A stretch of DNA of 55,630 bases from a virus: the IMG/VR virus record IMGVR_UViG_3300045988_032220. One strand, 5' to 3'. Every line of letters starts with the position of its first letter. Position 1 is the first letter of the stretch. The notes under the pieces were generated by a model. It was given only the letters and a program-made list of their open reading frames with translations, did not search any database and was not told the origin of the DNA. Shown piece after piece: positions 42,302 to 49,639 of the stretch. The translations under genes and the position numbers were made by a program.

Positions 42302-42694
42302 TCAGCAAATCCTGACAGCCGGGGCACCGTAGCCATCCCGTACCAGAACCCCCTCTTTTTCCGTAAAAAACATTGTCGTCTTGAACGGAAAGTTTGCTCT
42401 GTCGATGCCAGCTTCGGCGGCAGCATCGGCCAGCATTTTGCACGGGCCGTAATCACTCCCGATGGAAAAGCCGAAAGTTTGAATGCTTTTCGCGTATTCC
42501 TCAATGCTTTTTGCCAATGCCGCCTTGAATGTGTTCAGCTGATCCAGCGTAACGCTCTGTCGCATCGTATCCGCAAGGAAGCACACTGCAACAGAGGTAA
42601 AGCTATCGTCTCCGTTGCTATGCGGCTGGTGATCCATCAGCTTTCCAGCCCACCAGCTGACTGCCTTTTCAATATCATCCTTTGCCAAAATCAT
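42302..42694 (-). CDS. Hypothetical protein (130 aa)
   Basis: ORF in operon. Confidence 0.6.
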   Translation of the reverse strand: MILAKDDIEKAVSWWAGKLMDHQPHSNGDDSFTSVAVCFLADTMRQSVTLDQLNTFKAALAKSIEEYAKSIQTFGFSIGSDYGPCKMLADAAAEAGIDRANFPFKTTMFFTEKEGVLVRDGYGAPAVRIC

Positions 42695-43077
42695 ACCTTT
42701 TCCCCGCCTTTCTTTTTCAGAGGTTCAGGCACCGTTTCATAATCCGGAACCTTGCCGCCCGGCCAGTCGTGCCGCTGGCTGCGTTCGTATTTCTTGACCA
42801 TTGCGGCCAGCTGAATAGCTTCCACCGCTGCGTGGATTGCCACATCATAAATGAGATTCAGGTGCTCCCGCTTCATGGGTTCGTTTCTCTTGACATCTCG
42901 CCACAGCCGGATTGTCAAGCCAAAGTGGAGCTTCCGCACCTCGTCTATCAGTTCGTCCAGTTCTTCCCGGATCACCGCATACCCTTCATGCGGACTTGCG
43001 AACATCCGAAAGCGGCGGTTTGCTGCCGCCAGCTCCTTCTTTGCCAGAGCACGGACATCTTTTGTGATAACGTCCAT
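42691..43077 (-). CDS. Hypothetical protein, possibly all-alpha MazG-like NTP pyrophosphohydrolase (128 aa)
   Basis: SPHEGYAVIREELDELIDEV resembles the MazG-type EExxE region. The resemblance is weak. Confidence 0.3.
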   Translation of the reverse strand: MDVITKDVRALAKKELAAANRRFRMFASPHEGYAVIREELDELIDEVRKLHFGLTIRLWRDVKRNEPMKREHLNLIYDVAIHAAVEAIQLAAMVKKYERSQRHDWPGGKVPDYETVPEPLKKKGGEKV

Positions 43078-43079
43078 GG

Positions 43080-43727
43080 TTATTCCTCCGCCCGGCTCTT
43101 GATTTCAGCCAGCAGATCATCCAATGGAACATCGGCGAGGCAAAACCCGGCTTCTCCTTCATCCTCGGTAGAGACCCAGAGTGTAGAGGGAAAGTACAAA
43201 GCGGGGCGAACACCGCAGGTGTTGTTGAAGTTCCAGAGGACGCTGGAACCATCAGACTTGACGAACCAGACGAGGCTGCTGCTGAGGGTGTTCGGAGAGC
43301 AATTCGGCGTACCGTAAGGCGTCGCCAACCACCACGGCGTATCTACCTTCGGGATCAGCCGCCAATACTTTCCATACTGACGCAGGGTCAACAGGCCGAT
43401 TCTGTATTCAACGGTTCCGTATTCGGTCTGTCCGGTTGTGTCCTGCAGGTCGATCTTGAACGGAATAAAAGTATCCAGCGGCGTACCCTTCTCGGTAAAC
43501 TCTGCCAGACAGTTACCCAGATACTTCATAACATCGCTCCGGCGCAGATCGTTGGGACACTCCGGGTCGTCACCATCACGGAACGGCATTTTCGTCCAAA
43601 TGTTCTTTGCCAGCACAAGGCAACCGTGTTCGTCTGCATCCAGCTTCACAAACTCCTTGCCCAGCGCCTTGAAGATTCCGCCGTTCTTCACATTGCCCAA
43701 TGTCGTGCTTTTCAAAATCTTGCTCAT
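43080..43727 (-). CDS. DGR target protein 2 (215 aa), early-region paralog of the VR-bearing domain
   Basis: Contains VR2, encoding SPNTLSSSLVWFVKSDGSSVLWNFNNTCGVRPA. Shares the WWL...GVRPA(L/F) scaffold with target 1. Confidence 0.85.
   Translation of the reverse strand: MSKILKSTTLGNVKNGGIFKALGKEFVKLDADEHGCLVLAKNIWTKMPFRDGDDPECPNDLRRSDVMKYLGNCLAEFTEKGTPLDTFIPFKIDLQDTTGQTEYGTVEYRIGLLTLRQYGKYWRLIPKVDTPWWLATPYGTPNCSPNTLSSSLVWFVKSDGSSVLWNFNNTCGVRPALYFPSTLWVSTEDEGEAGFCLADVPLDDLLAEIKSRAEE
43200..43300 (-). repeat. DGR variable repeat VR2 (101 bp, remote)
   Basis: Aligns without gaps to TR 4207-4307. There are 14 mismatches, all at plus-strand T in TR (A on the coding strand). Confidence 0.9.
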
Positions 43728-43745
43728 GGTCGTTTCTCCTTCTTA

Positions 43746-44387
43746 TTACTCCTGCTGCTCGGAATCCTTTTCGGCGTTCAAATCATCGAACGTCTGTTCC
43801 GATTCTTCCTGTTCACCGATGTGAGTTTCTGCCAGCATTGCAACCAGTTCTTGCAGCTTTGCTTCTGCGTAGTCCGGTACCGTATATGCCATAACGGCGG
43901 CTCGTACCCTCATGCCGTTCTTCACGACATAATAAACCGTTCCGTCGGTTTGTTTTCTCTGGTAATAGCGGATAAAACCGTTATTCTTAATTTCATCCTC
44001 CAGCGGCGCAAGGTGCGACTGACAGATAATGCCGACCATGTGGCGATCCTCGGTCACAAGCGGGATAAGGATTTCTCCACTGCAGTAAATACCGATGCCC
44101 AGTTTCTTCACTTCGACTTCATCCTTAATTGTGTCGTCAAGATTGAAACCCTGAAAATCAATTTTGTATGCACAGTCGAAGTCGTTGTAAACCACCTTTT
44201 CGATCATGGTATCCTCGCTGATTCCCAGCATAGCGCCCATCTGGTTGCGGTTCAGCGGACGCGGGAAACCGGTAGCGCAGTAAATCGCCGACGCAGTTCC
44301 AATGTAGAAATCATCACTCTCGTCGTTATGGAAAACATTGCAGACAAGCTGCCGCTTGACCATCTTTGTCAGCCCTGAAAGTTTCAT
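43746..44387 (-). CDS. Hypothetical protein (213 aa)
   Basis: ORF in operon. Confidence 0.6.
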   Translation of the reverse strand: MKLSGLTKMVKRQLVCNVFHNDESDDFYIGTASAIYCATGFPRPLNRNQMGAMLGISEDTMIEKVVYNDFDCAYKIDFQGFNLDDTIKDEVEVKKLGIGIYCSGEILIPLVTEDRHMVGIICQSHLAPLEDEIKNNGFIRYYQRKQTDGTVYYVVKNGMRVRAAVMAYTVPDYAEAKLQELVAMLAETHIGEQEESEQTFDDLNAEKDSEQQE

Positions 44388-44590
44388 CTTCTGACCACCT
44401 CCACGTCCGGTTTTTCCGTTTCCCTAAACCTCGGATAAAAGGTCATTGCGCACATCCGTGCCTCACGGAGTGCTGCATCTGAGCTTTTTGCGTCCAGCTT
44501 GTACGGTAGCTGCATCTTGTTTTTCGTGTAGCTGTCAATGCCGAACAGCATGATGCTGAACTTTGCCATTTTCTGCTCCTTTCTGCTCAT
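44384..44590 (-). CDS. Hypothetical protein (68 aa)
   Basis: ORF. RBS AGAAAGGAG lies upstream of the internal ATG MAKFS. Confidence 0.5.
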   Translation of the reverse strand: MSRKEQKMAKFSIMLFGIDSYTKNKMQLPYKLDAKSSDAALREARMCAMTFYPRFRETEKPDVEVVRR

Positions 44591-44647
44591 TTTCTTTCGG
44601 TGGGCACTTCCGGGCTTGAACCGGGCGGGGCCTATTCCCTATGCTCA

Positions 44648-44679
44648 TATAAAAAGGAGCCGCCGCTCTGGGCGGCTCC
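44648..44679 (-). terminator. Intrinsic terminator after the SPFH gene
   Basis: Minus strand reads GGAGCCGCC-CAGAGC-GGCGGCTCC (perfect 9-bp stem) followed by TTTTTATAT. Confidence 0.7.
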
Positions 44680-44685
44680 AAAAGA

Positions 44686-45621
44686 TCAGTTGATGCCGTT
44701 GATAATGGGGATGCTGTTACCGTCGCCAACATAGGCAGGCAGTTCACCGTTCCAGCGGGATTCCACGTCGGTGATCTTGTAGTATTCCAGCAGGTTGCTG
44801 TTCAGACTGTCGTTCAAGGCGCGGTTTGCTTCCGCCTTTTTCTCTGCAACGTACAACTCTGCGTCCGCTGCAACCTTAGACTTTTCCGCTTCCGCATTGG
44901 CTGCGATCAGGTCAGCGTCCGCCGTGGCCTGTGCTTCGACACGGCGCTTGTCGGCGTCAGTCTCGGCTTTTTCCTTTTCCTGCTGGGCCTTGACCTTTGC
45001 TTCCACCGCATCGGTAAAGGTATCAGTGAAGTCAAAATTGGTTACGCTGATATACTGCAGGTCGATGTTGTACTGTGCCAGCACTTCCCGCAGTTTCGTG
45101 TCCATCTGGGAAGCGACTGCATCCCGGTTAGAAATCAGGCTGCTTGCATCGTAGTGGGCAACTACAGCTTTCACCGTTTCAAGGATACGGGGAGTAATCA
45201 GGGTGTCCTCATACTTTTTGCCGACCTCTTTGTAGATGGTCATTGCATTTGCCTGATTGATCCGGTAGCCAACCGCCACACTGGTGGAGACTTCCTGAAT
45301 GTCAGAACTGAACGCTGACAAGTCCATGCTCATTTCCTGAACACGGTTATCCATCTTCACGATGGACTGCCACGGGGCCTTGAACACCACACCTGCGTCC
45401 TTCGTGCCATCCTCGACTTTGCCAAAGGTTGTGACGATGCCGGTATAACCGGTAGGAACATAGGACACACAGGAAATGCCGATAAAAATGACGGCCACCA
45501 CCGCCGGGATGATTGCAGCTCTTTTTGCATCATCCGAGAAAATCAGGACTGCCAGCGCAATCAGTGCAAACAGTGCGCCGATAATAAAAAGAATCATGTT
45601 TCCTCGCTTTCGCTCATGCAT
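44686..45621 (-). CDS. SPFH/band-7 (stomatin-prohibitin-like) membrane protein
   Basis: N-terminal TM segments, then YTGIVTTFGKVE...VFKAPWQSIVKMDNRVQ and a long Ala/Glu/Lys coiled coil. The start may be the internal ATG at 45597. Confidence 0.8.
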   Translation of the reverse strand: MHERKRGNMILFIIGALFALIALAVLIFSDDAKRAAIIPAVVAVIFIGISCVSYVPTGYTGIVTTFGKVEDGTKDAGVVFKAPWQSIVKMDNRVQEMSMDLSAFSSDIQEVSTSVAVGYRINQANAMTIYKEVGKKYEDTLITPRILETVKAVVAHYDASSLISNRDAVASQMDTKLREVLAQYNIDLQYISVTNFDFTDTFTDAVEAKVKAQQEKEKAETDADKRRVEAQATADADLIAANAEAEKSKVAADAELYVAEKKAEANRALNDSLNSNLLEYYKITDVESRWNGELPAYVGDGNSIPIINGIN

Positions 45622-45691
45622 TTATGTACGGGCGAAAGCTACGGTGGGGTCTGATCGTGGGAGGTTCGGTTTCCACCATCTTCCTCTCATG

Positions 45692-45949
45692 TTACTCGTC
45701 CTTTCTTTTCTTGAAGTCTATAAAGCACTCCTTTTCATCTATCGCAAATTCATCAGCATTCCACGATTCCTTGCAATCCAAGCAATATGCCGTCTGGCAT
45801 TCAACCGGCCCAGAAGAGCTTTTGGTTCTTTTCTTCAGGAGTTTTCCTCTTTTCCCAAGCAACTGATCGTAAGAGAATGCCCAATGATCTGACACAATAA
45901 TTTGTCCGCCGCAGACCGGGCAGGCTTTACATTTCGCTCCCTCGTGCAT
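45692..45949 (-). CDS. Zinc-ribbon protein (85 aa)
   Basis: CKACPVCG ... CLDC motifs. Translationally adjacent to the radical-SAM gene. Confidence 0.6.
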   Translation of the reverse strand: MHEGAKCKACPVCGGQIIVSDHWAFSYDQLLGKRGKLLKKRTKSSSGPVECQTAYCLDCKESWNADEFAIDEKECFIDFKKRKDE

Positions 45950-45950
45950 C

Positions 45951-46664
45951 CTATTCCTCCGTGAAAATATCGGTATACTTCGTGTACACCTTTCCGTTAT
46001 GAAAGTAGATGTTATAATCGCGCTGGGTAATGTACCACCAGAGCTTCTTGTGATACTCCGTCAGCAAATCGTGGAGGTGGTAGGTTTCCTTGTAGTTTTC
46101 ATCTACCCGCTGGCGGAAAGAAAGTTCGTCAATCTCTTTGCTGCCCGCCACATAACCGGCGATGAAAAGCACATCCTGTTCGGTCATATTGTCGTCAACG
46201 ACAAATACCACGCGGACGATCTCACCGAACTTTCTCTTGATGTGGAAAAGATCGTCGAATTTATGGACGTGGTACACCACCCGTTCAAACCAATTAAGCG
46301 GGAAGTCTTGCACTTCCGGGCTATCCGGGAGATAGCTCGTGTGCATTTCCAACTTGACGTTTCGCCGCTCTGCCGTGTGGAAAAGACCCTCGTAGAATGA
46401 CCAATGATCTTTCCACTGGAACAGCGGATCGCCACCACCGGACACCGAAACCCACTCCGGCCTTTCCTTGCAGAGCACCTTGTTGAGCGGTTCCTGTGTG
46501 CTGAAATTGTCTGTTTCGCTCATTTTCAGCCCATTGTTTCTTACGATGCACTCCGGGCAGGTGTAATGACAGCCAAAGTTCGTAATGATGCTGACATACT
46601 TTCCGGGGTTTGCGTTGACGCTACACATCGGCATAACTGCTTTTTCATTTTTCATCTTGTTCAC
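45951..46664 (-). CDS. Radical SAM domain protein (237 aa)
   Basis: CX3CX2C cluster motif (FGCHYTCPEC) and GGGDPL (GGEP-like SAM motif). Confidence 0.75.
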   Translation of the reverse strand: MNKMKNEKAVMPMCSVNANPGKYVSIITNFGCHYTCPECIVRNNGLKMSETDNFSTQEPLNKVLCKERPEWVSVSGGGDPLFQWKDHWSFYEGLFHTAERRNVKLEMHTSYLPDSPEVQDFPLNWFERVVYHVHKFDDLFHIKRKFGEIVRVVFVVDDNMTEQDVLFIAGYVAGSKEIDELSFRQRVDENYKETYHLHDLLTEYHKKLWWYITQRDYNIYFHNGKVYTKYTDIFTEE

Positions 46665-47213
46665 CTATTTCATTGCCCCATGCGTCCCATCCGGGCGACC
46701 GCTGGCGGGCAAAAAGTTCTATCCTCGGCACGTCACCCAGCAGTTCTACAATCCGCCGTCTTGTTTCTTCCGGCTTCTTGCTATGTTCCTCTACCGGGGA
46801 CTCTATAACTTGATGTACTGCATGGCTCTTGATCTGCGCCGCTGGTTTGAATCCGGGCGTTACTCCCAGCAGACAAATCTCGGCGTTCGCTCGTGTATAC
46901 GCTCCCATGCCCCAAAAGTTTGTGTTGCTCTTCCGGTTCTTCTTGATCCACACAAAGGCACAGGTCTTATACTCGAACCCCCATGCTTCCATGACGCGCA
47001 GGGCATCGGCTATCTGTGGGAATGTCGCCCACATGAAGCACACCGACCCCCCCCCGCAAGGTTTTTAACCGGCAGGGCGCATATATCATCCGTCGTCATG
47101 GTGTTATAATGCTGCGCGGCATTGCCCCGGCTCTTTGGGCCGGTTCCACACTGGCGATATGACCACGGAGGATCAGCATAGATCGCGGCGTATTTTTTAT
47201 CTGGCAAATTCAT
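46645..47213 (-). pseudogene. MT-A70-family N6-adenine DNA methyltransferase split by a frameshift in a G9 tract
   Basis: The N-terminal ORF carries the DPPW motif (IYADPPWSY). The C-terminal ORF carries FMWATFPQIADALRVMEAWGFEYKT. The two join in frame if the tract were G10 or G7. Confidence 0.75.
47047..47055 (-). repeat. Homopolymer G9 (C9 on + strand) at the methyltransferase frameshift point
   Basis: Counted directly: ccga-ccccccccc-gcaag. Confidence 0.9.
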
Positions 47214-47575
47214 TTGTTTTTCCTCTGGTAGCAGGTGGCACTCCGCAGGATGCAGGTCGTGTCCGCGATCACTGCTTTGTCGTCCCAGTATTCATCTGCT
47301 CCAACTTTGCGGGAATCGCCGCCCCACGCTTCGATCCACTCCGGCAAGCTCTGATTCACGGTATCAAAGTTCAGGCCCCACTCTTTGCAGGCTGCAATAG
47401 CCGCGTCCAGTTCCTTGCCCGCCCTGCAAGTCCACAGGATCAGACCAGCACCCGCCGCTTGTTCTTTCTTGGCTTCCTCGATAACGTGCCAGTTTGGTTC
47501 CCCAATCTCCGGGTATTTGCTCTGGCAAATGCACCCGTCAAAATCAATGGCTATCGCTCTGCGCATTTCGTCCAC
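47210..47575 (-). CDS. HAD-superfamily phosphatase-like protein (121 aa)
   Basis: DxD motif in AIAIDFDGCIC, and LILWTCR. Confidence 0.55.
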   Translation of the reverse strand: MDEMRRAIAIDFDGCICQSKYPEIGEPNWHVIEEAKKEQAAGAGLILWTCRAGKELDAAIAACKEWGLNFDTVNQSLPEWIEAWGGDSRKVGADEYWDDKAVIADTTCILRSATCYQRKNK

Positions 47576-47783
47576 CCTTTCTTTTTCTGTTCAGTTCAGC
47601 AAGGTACTGTTTCCGAACATGGATTGCGATGTGCTGCGGCAAGTAATTGCGGTAAATCTGCGCACAGCCCTGAAACTTGTAGGCGTTGTGCGCGATTATC
47701 AGAACTCTTATCCCCAGCATCCTTTCTTTTTCCCGCGCTTCCATCATGCCGTGGATCATTTTTGCATAATCTTCGTCTTTCAT
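47544..47783 (-). CDS. Hypothetical protein (79 aa)
   Basis: ATG at 47783 preceded by GGAGGGCAGAGA. Confidence 0.45.
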   Translation of the reverse strand: MKDEDYAKMIHGMMEAREKERMLGIRVLIIAHNAYKFQGCAQIYRNYLPQHIAIHVRKQYLAELNRKRKGGRNAQSDSH

Positions 47784-47794
47784 TCTCTGCCCTC

Positions 47795-48445
47795 CTATCC
47801 CCATTGTTCGGACATTGCATTTGCAACACCTGTAAATGTTTTTGCTCTGCTCTTGGCTCGGTCGGTTGTGAACATTCCTTTGTACTGTTGTCCATGCTTT
47901 TTGCTGTAAGAGCCAGACGGACACCACGTTGCAATCGGTGTCACAATGTCTGTTGGAAACAACGGCGGCAAGTTTTTCAGCCAAAGGCAAGTCTTTTTGC
48001 TGTACGGGTGTCCATACTCATACGGCTGTATAGTTTGCGTGTATTGCGGCAAACAGAACACGCGACTTGGGATTGGGTTTTCTATGCAAATCTGCGGAAC
48101 ATCTGCCCACCAGAAGCGCATAAAAAGATCGCGGCCCTCAATTCCTTTCATGACGCGATCTGCTTGAAGCACATGGCCTTTCCATAGGTGTCTTGCTCCC
48201 GCGTTGCTCAGGTATGTACAAGGCGGGTGCGCAATGAGCAAATCCCACGCATCAATGTAATGTCCCTTGTCGTTCATTGTGACGATTTGCCCCCCCCGCA
48301 GAGCGGTTACAGCATCGCCCAGAATGTGCCACTCCGGGTGTCCGCCGGATGGCTCTTGAATATCACATGAGTATGCTTCATGCCCCCTGCGCCGAAAAGC
48401 CTTGCACACTTCTTGGCTTTCCTCGCAGGCTATGAGAACTTTCAT
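47795..48445 (-). CDS. Short phage-type C5-cytosine methyltransferase-like protein (216 aa)
   Basis: Catalytic-type IAHPPCTYLS (PC motif) and CIENP (ENV-like) motifs. Contains an in-frame G8 tract. Confidence 0.5.
   Translation of the reverse strand: MKVLIACEESQEVCKAFRRRGHEAYSCDIQEPSGGHPEWHILGDAVTALRGGQIVTMNDKGHYIDAWDLLIAHPPCTYLSNAGARHLWKGHVLQADRVMKGIEGRDLFMRFWWADVPQICIENPIPSRVFCLPQYTQTIQPYEYGHPYSKKTCLWLKNLPPLFPTDIVTPIATWCPSGSYSKKHGQQYKGMFTTDRAKSRAKTFTGVANAMSEQWG
48290..48297 (-). repeat. Homopolymer G8 (C8 on + strand) inside the C5-MTase-like gene (currently in frame)
   Basis: Counted directly: tttg-cccccccc-gcag. Confidence 0.9.
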
Positions 48446-48456
48446 TGCTCACCCTC

Positions 48457-48744
48457 CTATATCGGCACGTGGCGTATCTCAATGCTGCTTGCATAATATT
48501 CTGTAACCTCGCATTCCAGTTGCTTCACCATGCTTTCCAGCCATTCTTTTTGTTTCTGTGGATCATGTAGCTTGCGAAGCTCAATTTGATCTCTCATTGA
48601 GATCTTCGTATTGGCTATAACTCGCCCCATCCTCAACGAAACAAGGACTTCGCCTGTATTTTTCGACCTTAAAACTTGCGTTTGATAGCCTACGCGCTGA
48701 TATTGTTTAAGAACATCTTCAAGAATTTCTTCAAGACCGTTCAC
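48457..48744 (-). CDS. Hypothetical protein (95 aa, GTG start overlapping upstream stop)
   Basis: GTGA start/stop overlap with the 3D-domain gene. Confidence 0.5.
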   Translation of the reverse strand: MNGLEEILEDVLKQYQRVGYQTQVLRSKNTGEVLVSLRMGRVIANTKISMRDQIELRKLHDPQKQKEWLESMVKQLECEVTEYYASSIEIRHVPI

Positions 48745-49277
48745 TTGTCCACCTCTCGGATGATCCACACTCGATGCTCACCGTACCCGCTCCACGCCAG
48801 CGCGTTCTCATGGGTATCAACAGCAACATCAAGGTGCGTTCCCTGCACTCCCGCGCCCTTGTCCTGCACAATGCGGATTCCTACGCCCTCAATGTACAAA
48901 ACCGTGCCATACGGAAAGATCGTCTGATCCGCCGCCACGGTTACGCCCGCCTGTATTGGCTGGCCGCTGGCTGTGATTCCGTGACCCTCCCCGCAAATAT
49001 GCGGGTACTGCTCGGTGCAGTATGCCGTACACAAGAATGTACCCGCCTCTGCCAGTTCAATTTTTCCGTCTGTCGTTTTGTCAAGACGAATCTGCAGAGA
49101 ATCAATAACTTCTTCGTCCTCTACAGCCCGGTCGATCCAGTTCTGTGCACGGCTTGCGTAAATATCCCGCTGGGTCTCAAGGTCTGCAATACGGCTTTTC
49201 AGCACGCCGACCTTTGCGCTGTTGACGATCTCAGCCGCGAAGAACAATACCAGAATCGCTTTCATTTTCCGTGTCAT
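48741..49277 (-). CDS. 3D-domain (RlpA/MltA-like double-psi beta-barrel) cell-wall-active protein with N-terminal signal anchor
   Basis: CTAYCTEQ...GITASG...GVTVAADQTIFPYGTVLYIEGVGIRIVQDKG is typical of the 3D domain. Confidence 0.65.
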   Translation of the reverse strand: MTRKMKAILVLFFAAEIVNSAKVGVLKSRIADLETQRDIYASRAQNWIDRAVEDEEVIDSLQIRLDKTTDGKIELAEAGTFLCTAYCTEQYPHICGEGHGITASGQPIQAGVTVAADQTIFPYGTVLYIEGVGIRIVQDKGAGVQGTHLDVAVDTHENALAWSGYGEHRVWIIREVDK

Positions 49278-49296
49278 TTCTACACCTCGCTGTCGG

Positions 49297-49536
49297 TCAT
49301 CTTTCTTCCCTGTACTTCATGCCGAGAAAGTCCGCGACGCCAAAACTTCCATCTTCGCAGCAATGCGTTTCATGCATAAGCGGTTGGTTTTCAAGTTTTG
49401 TCGGTGGCTCAATCCCGCTGGCGGCAAGCGCTGCATTAGCCATTGCTTTCCGAGCTGTCCATTCGTCACCAGTTCCGCCGTTGGTGAATGTTTTCCCGCA
49501 CAGCCTGCACCTGAACGTCATGTAGTGTCCCTTCAT
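49297..49536 (-). CDS. Small Cys-containing protein (79 aa)
   Basis: FRCRLCGKTF ... HCCEDG. Confidence 0.5.
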   Translation of the reverse strand: MKGHYMTFRCRLCGKTFTNGGTGDEWTARKAMANAALAASGIEPPTKLENQPLMHETHCCEDGSFGVADFLGMKYREER

Positions 49537-49562
49537 TACTTTTTCCCTTCTTTTATTTCTTG

Positions 49563-49639
49563 CACGGGTGGCCGGAATCGAACCGGCTTGCCTGCCGATG
49601 GGGGATCAGAACGGCGGACAACTTCCTTGCTACACCCGC
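49563..49639 (-). ncRNA. tRNA-like element with aberrant 14-nt anticodon loop
   Basis: Minus strand reads GCGGGTG-TA-GCAAGGAAGTTGT-C-CGCCG-TTCTGATCCCCCAT-CGGCA-GGCAA-GCCGG-TTCGATT-CCGGC-CACCCGT-G. It has a 7-bp acceptor stem (G1-U72) and a perfect T-arm with a TTCGATT loop, but no canonical anticodon arm. Confidence 0.45.

Noticed and set aside
43301-43312. Possible extension of VR2 homology upstream through a 9-nt deletion (shared ATTCGGC)
   Set aside because: Only 7 nt match after introducing the gap, and the encoded peptides differ (TPNC vs EWWLR). VR2 homology is taken to end at 43300.
44596-44640. Second T-arm-like sequence on the minus strand (CCCGG-TTCAAGC-CCGGA-AGTGCCC-ACC)
   Set aside because: No complementary 5' acceptor strand (GGGCACT) lies within 100 nt and the T-stem has a mismatch. 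It is probably a chance resemblance or a tRNA 3' fragment and cannot be supported as an RNA gene.
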